Positions 59,958 to 64,000 of a DNA stretch of 64,000 bases are shown in pieces. This DNA is from Felis catus (Eukaryota), in NCBI RefSeq assembly GCF_018350175.1, contig NC_058383.1:1178001-1242000 (forward strand), in the 5' to 3' direction. Below the pieces are notes generated by a model. That model searched no databases. It had not been told where the DNA came from and worked only from the letters and a program-made list of their open reading frames with translations. Position 1 is the first letter of the stretch, and each line of letters begins with the position of its first letter. The position numbers were made by a program, and so were the translations under genes.

Positions 59958-60494
59958 TAAGAAGCTAGGTGAGCCTGGCAAGCCCGTCTGTGGAGCAAGC
60001 AATCCGTGCCAGCACCTGCGACAGCTCTAAAACATCGACCCTCAGTAAACTCTCGAGGGACGGAGACCTGGAAGGCCGACTCAGCCCACACCACCGCCTC
60101 ACGCAGGGTCCCCTTCTGCCCGGCCCCTGCCCACCTTTCAGGCCAAATCCTGGCCACGCCCCCACCACCACTGAGCAGCCTGCCACCCACACCCAGAAAG
60201 CCCCTGGACCTTTGCACGTGCTGTGCCTCGACTGACAAAGCTAGCAGACCCAAGAGTTTTCTAGTTTGACTCCCCCTATTTCCTGGAGGCAGGCAGGACT
60301 TGCTGGGTAGAGGAGGGAGAGACCTGAGACCCCCCCCCGGGGCACCTCCCCGGGGCAGATATTACCCAGTCGGGGTGACAGCCAGCTGGGGCAAGACACC
60401 TGAGGTGGGCTGGCATGGGGGCTGCCCCCCAAGCCTGCAGCCGGGCACACGGGCTGACTCTGTGAGGACCTCTCTCCCCCATGTTGGCAGGCGG

Positions 60495-60595
60495 TGATGA
60501 AATTTTTAAATAAGGCAAAAAAATTAAAACTCCCTCGAGTTTTATTAAGTAAAGATGCAGCAAGGTAATTACAAACTGGCTTAATTAAAACCCAC
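60495..60595. promoter_or_regulatory. Small candidate conserved element
   Basis: 100-bp AT island with ttttatta, gtaatta and ttaattaa. Confidence 0.45.
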
Positions 60596-63224
60596 CCTTG
60601 GAAAGCACCGGCGGGTGGCCCTGGCAGGGAAGGAGGACGGGGGGCGGGGAGTGGCTCCCTTGCGCTGAGCCTCAGTTTCCCCAGCCATAAAGTCGGCATG
60701 ACGTTAACAGCTGGCCCAGGAGGGCTGTGGGGAGCAGGGAATGCAGTGCTCACGTGCTCAGAGAGGCCAAGAGCCTCCCTTGAGTCACACAGCAGGAACT
60801 AGCAGGGCTGGACTAGACTCTTGGGAAGACGGGGGCTTCCCTTGCAGGCCTGTGCTAGGAGGGGACGGGCAGGGAGGGTCGCAGAGCCCCTGCCCTGGGC
60901 TGCATCCAACAGCAGGGTCTGGTCCGCACGGGGAGCTTTCCAGCTGTGTCTTCCCTCCGGAGAAGGTGATGGCGGGGCTGAGCCTGCAGGCCGTGATCGC
61001 CCGACTGGACAGGGCACTTCTGGCACAGGGGAGGGGCAAAGGCCTGCGGGCAGGGTGGGGCAGGGGAGGAGGCAGCGAGGGGTGGGGAGGGGAGGCAGAG
61101 GAGGGGGCTTGCTCTCCCCCTGCCTCTCCCTGACAGGGCCCCAGGAGGACGGATGGGGGCCAGGCAGCACGGCCTGGGCGGGGGTGGGCAGGGGGTCCTG
61201 GGGTAGGGCCTCAGGCGTCCGCGTACCCGTCACTCCCCGCGTTGGGGCTGGAGGGGACGGAGTCAGGACCTGGGAGGGGCCTGGCACCCAGGGCCGAGAG
61301 CACACCTGGGGGGCCGGGGAGAAGCAAGACAGAGACAGAGGGGAGACGCTCACCCAGGCCCGGTACTACCCTGGCTCGGCCCCTGGCCAGCTGTGCGGCG
61401 TTGGGAATGTCATCCGGACCCGAGCCTCAGTTTCCACATCTGTCAACTGGGGAGAAAGCCCCCACCTCCTCGGCTGCTGTGAGGGTGTTAAGCACCCAGC
61501 ACACGGTTGGGGCCCTGACCGGGGCCCTGCCTGCCCGCGCATCTCCGGGACCCTAGAGCCAGCCCCAAGCCCCACCCCCAGGACGTTCCCTCCGCCACCC
61601 GCAAAGGCTCATAAACCCCTAGCTTTGATCTGTCCTCATTCTGTCCCGGCCGGCCGGAAGAGACGGGCTCCTCCCAGCCGGCCCCTCCGCGTCTCGCCTC
61701 CCCACCCCGCTGCCTCCATTAACCTCTGCACCCCGGGCGGAAGGGACAGCCTCAGCCCCGGCCCGTTCCCAGGGTGGGGGCACCCCAAAGGTGGGGCTTC
61801 CGGGGGAGGGGAACAGCTTGCCTGGGAGAGGATCCTGTTGTGTGATGTGGAGGGGCCAGGAGACAGCCTCAAGGGTCACCACCCGCGGGCAGCCATCCTG
61901 AAGAACCTGGGGCCTGGGGTCGCCCGAGGCCAAAAAGACCCAGGCAGGCAGTCCTACCGCTGAGGGTGACGCCAACGGCCTCGGCCTGGGCCCCCAGGCC
62001 TGTTCCCTTGCCCAGAGCCGGGGCTGGCCTGTCACCGCCGCAGGGGCCAGTCGCCTGCCGCGTGAGGGCCGCACTTGCCGCAGGGGAGCCCCCGACCGGG
62101 AGAAAGCCTGCAGAGTGCGTGTTCTCGCCCGTGCTGCCCCGGCCATCTCCGGTGGCCCCCCAGTATCTCCCTCCGCGGCTGGTGCTCGCGGGCTGGCATC
62201 GGCATCTGATGCCCCCGCTGTGGGCTCACCGCCGGGCCTGCTGGAGACCTCCTCGTGCTGGCCTCCAGCCCGCCGCCCTGCCCCCACTGCGTGCCCTCCC
62301 TGCACTCTTCCCCAGCATGCTTCTCATGCGGGTCACGGTGGCGTTACCATCGCCCTCCAAGGGTGCGGGGCTCACGCCCCGGGACAGGTCAGTGGGCTCA
62401 CCGCCTGGCCGCACCCGGGGGCTGTGCCCTGAGCACGCACCGTCCACAGAACCCCGGACCCAGCCGGCTGAGTCTCACGCTAACACGCTTGGGTCCCCTC
62501 CACTGGCCCGCCCCGGGGCAGCTGGTGGCTGGACCGAGCCCGCAGCTTCCCAGGGGCCTCTGCACTCCCGCTGTGGCGCCCTCGTCCAGGAGAGGCGTCT
62601 GTAAATGGGGGTGCACCCCTCCCTCTCGGGGAGGACAGGGGGATGCTCAGGGGTCTCTCCCCGTGGTCCAGGTGCTCAGGGTCTGGAAGCACAGAGACTA
62701 GAAAGCAGTGGGCATGCGCTGACATTGTAAGCAGGGTGTGGGCAGAGCTAGGAGGGAAGGGGCCTGGCAGGTGCTGTCTGGGGAGGGACCGTCACGGCCC
62801 CGGAAGCCGTGTAGGCTCGGTGCTGGGGCAGGATTCCAGCCCGTGATGGGGGCGTAGGGGTGAGGCAGGAGGGACAGGAGGAGGCTGCTTGGAGGAAGAG
62901 GAGCAGAAGGGACAGCAGGGCTGCCTGGCCCGGTGTCCTCATCGTGCTCTCGTGGGGCCCCACCAGCTCCATCCTGACCCCAGGGGAGCCTGGTTCTGGC
63001 TGGCTTCGCCTCTGCTGTGTGACCGCGGACAAGGGCCTGCTCCCTCTGGGCCCCCCGTGGTCCTGAGTGTGAGCTCTGTGAAACTACAGCCCCTCTTCTC
63101 ACGGAAGGGTGAGCACTGGGCCTGCGCACGGGGGTGCTCCCCACGTGCCTCCCAGGTGAGCCCCCCCCCCCGCCTCCCTGCCCCCTCCGGTTCCCACACC
63201 CTCCGCTCCCCCCACGCAGCTCCG

Positions 63225-63620
63225 TCTGGAATCGACACATTTCCTTCCGCGAAATGATGCATGTTCCCCCGTCGGGTTTACAAATAACTTCAAATTTTAC
63301 TGTTTTCTTTCCCTAATGAATTCTCTGAAACGTGTTACAAGCTGCCCGGTAATGAATGTGGAGCTTCGGCCGGCTCGGCTCTGGTGCTCCGCCTGCCTCC
63401 ACCAAGGTGCCGCAGAATTAGCCCTCGCCGCACGCGGCTCGCAGCCCTGATGCAACCTTGTTTAGTGCAATTGCTGGGAATCCATTATATTGACAATATC
63501 CATTTGTGTAATTCCTGCATTAGGATTTTGCGCTAAACTGTGTTTGAAAGCCACTGCTGACCCTGATTACCTCTTTAATTGTGCTTAAAAATCCAGATTA
63601 ATTCAGAGGCGAAGTTGACC
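63225..63620. promoter_or_regulatory. Candidate conserved non-coding element / enhancer
   Basis: taatgaat twice, aattag, ttgacaat, tgtaatt, tgatta, ttaattg and gattaatt in an apparently non-repeat island. Confidence 0.55.
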
Positions 63621-64000
63621 GTGCTGGGCAGGGCCTTGCTGGGCCCGAGCAGTGGACGGTCCCCGGGCTCCCGGGGGTGGCCGGTTCTGGAGGCTGGGCT
63701 CTCGCCCTCAGAGCTGCAGGAAAACCCCGGAGGCTGGGCGGGTGGACAAGAATGACAGGGGCTCCCAAATGCTGAGGGGCGCCGGCCGTGTGAACCCCAC
63801 CTCGCTCCTGGCGGTCACCGTGACGCCCGTGAGTTGGAGCGCATTCTTCCTAGGTGAGGAGCCGGGTCAGAGGCCGGGCAGGTCTGGGTGTCCCCTCCAG
63901 AGAGGTGGGGAGGGCTCTGCACGGCCACTCTTCCTGCCCCTCGAGGGCCTGAAGGAGGCTCAGGGGCCCCGGCCTGCAGATTCTGGGTGCCCGCCCACAC

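Noticed and set aside
1435..61500. Many additional short MIR cores (cctcagtttcc / ggaaactgagg) and L2 scraps
   Set aside because: Ordinary ancient repeats; boundaries are too uncertain to list individually
1..64000. Hundreds of ORFs of 60-400 aa in the supplied track (e.g. 50022-51233, 60821-61963, 45975-47012, 48906-49943)
   Set aside because: Pro/Gly/Arg/Ala-rich translations overlap in all six frames, many lack an ATG start, run through repeats, and show no recognisable domain. This is expected where stop codons are rare in GC-rich DNA.
1..64000. Naming the host locus
   Set aside because: The architecture suggests a GC-rich developmental-gene intron or gene desert, but there is no exon or sequence I recognise, so no gene symbol is given

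Overview
This is very GC-rich mammalian non-coding DNA, most likely from a felid: it holds eight tRNA-derived Can-SINEs, several of the feline SINEC_Fc type. I find no supportable host protein-coding exon, tRNA, rRNA or CRISPR array. The ORF track is what GC-rich sequence produces by chance, apart from a decayed LINE-1 ORF1 remnant (about 55320-56389, minus strand). The background is ancient eutherian repeats (MIR, L2, L1M 3' ends, MER33, MER63, MER102, a MER74 solo LTR, MLT1 LTRs) plus simple repeats. Set into it is an archipelago of about 18 sharply bounded, apparently non-repetitive AT-rich islands dense in homeodomain, TALE, SOX, FOX and POU-type motifs. That pattern suggests conserved enhancers in a long intron or gene desert of a developmental regulator, but I could not identify the gene. 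The most notable observations are: (1) the island archipelago, including a TGACA-rich (MEIS-type) element near 24.5 kb; (2) old repeats that appear extremely and patchily converted from A/T to G/C; (3) a near-canonical REST/RE1 site inside an L2 remnant; (4) a 31-bp minisatellite born inside an MLT1 LTR; (5) a dispersed 46-bp local duplication. I see no evidence of a new biological system. Repeat family names come from recalled consensus sequences, not a database search, and boundaries of old repeats are approximate.
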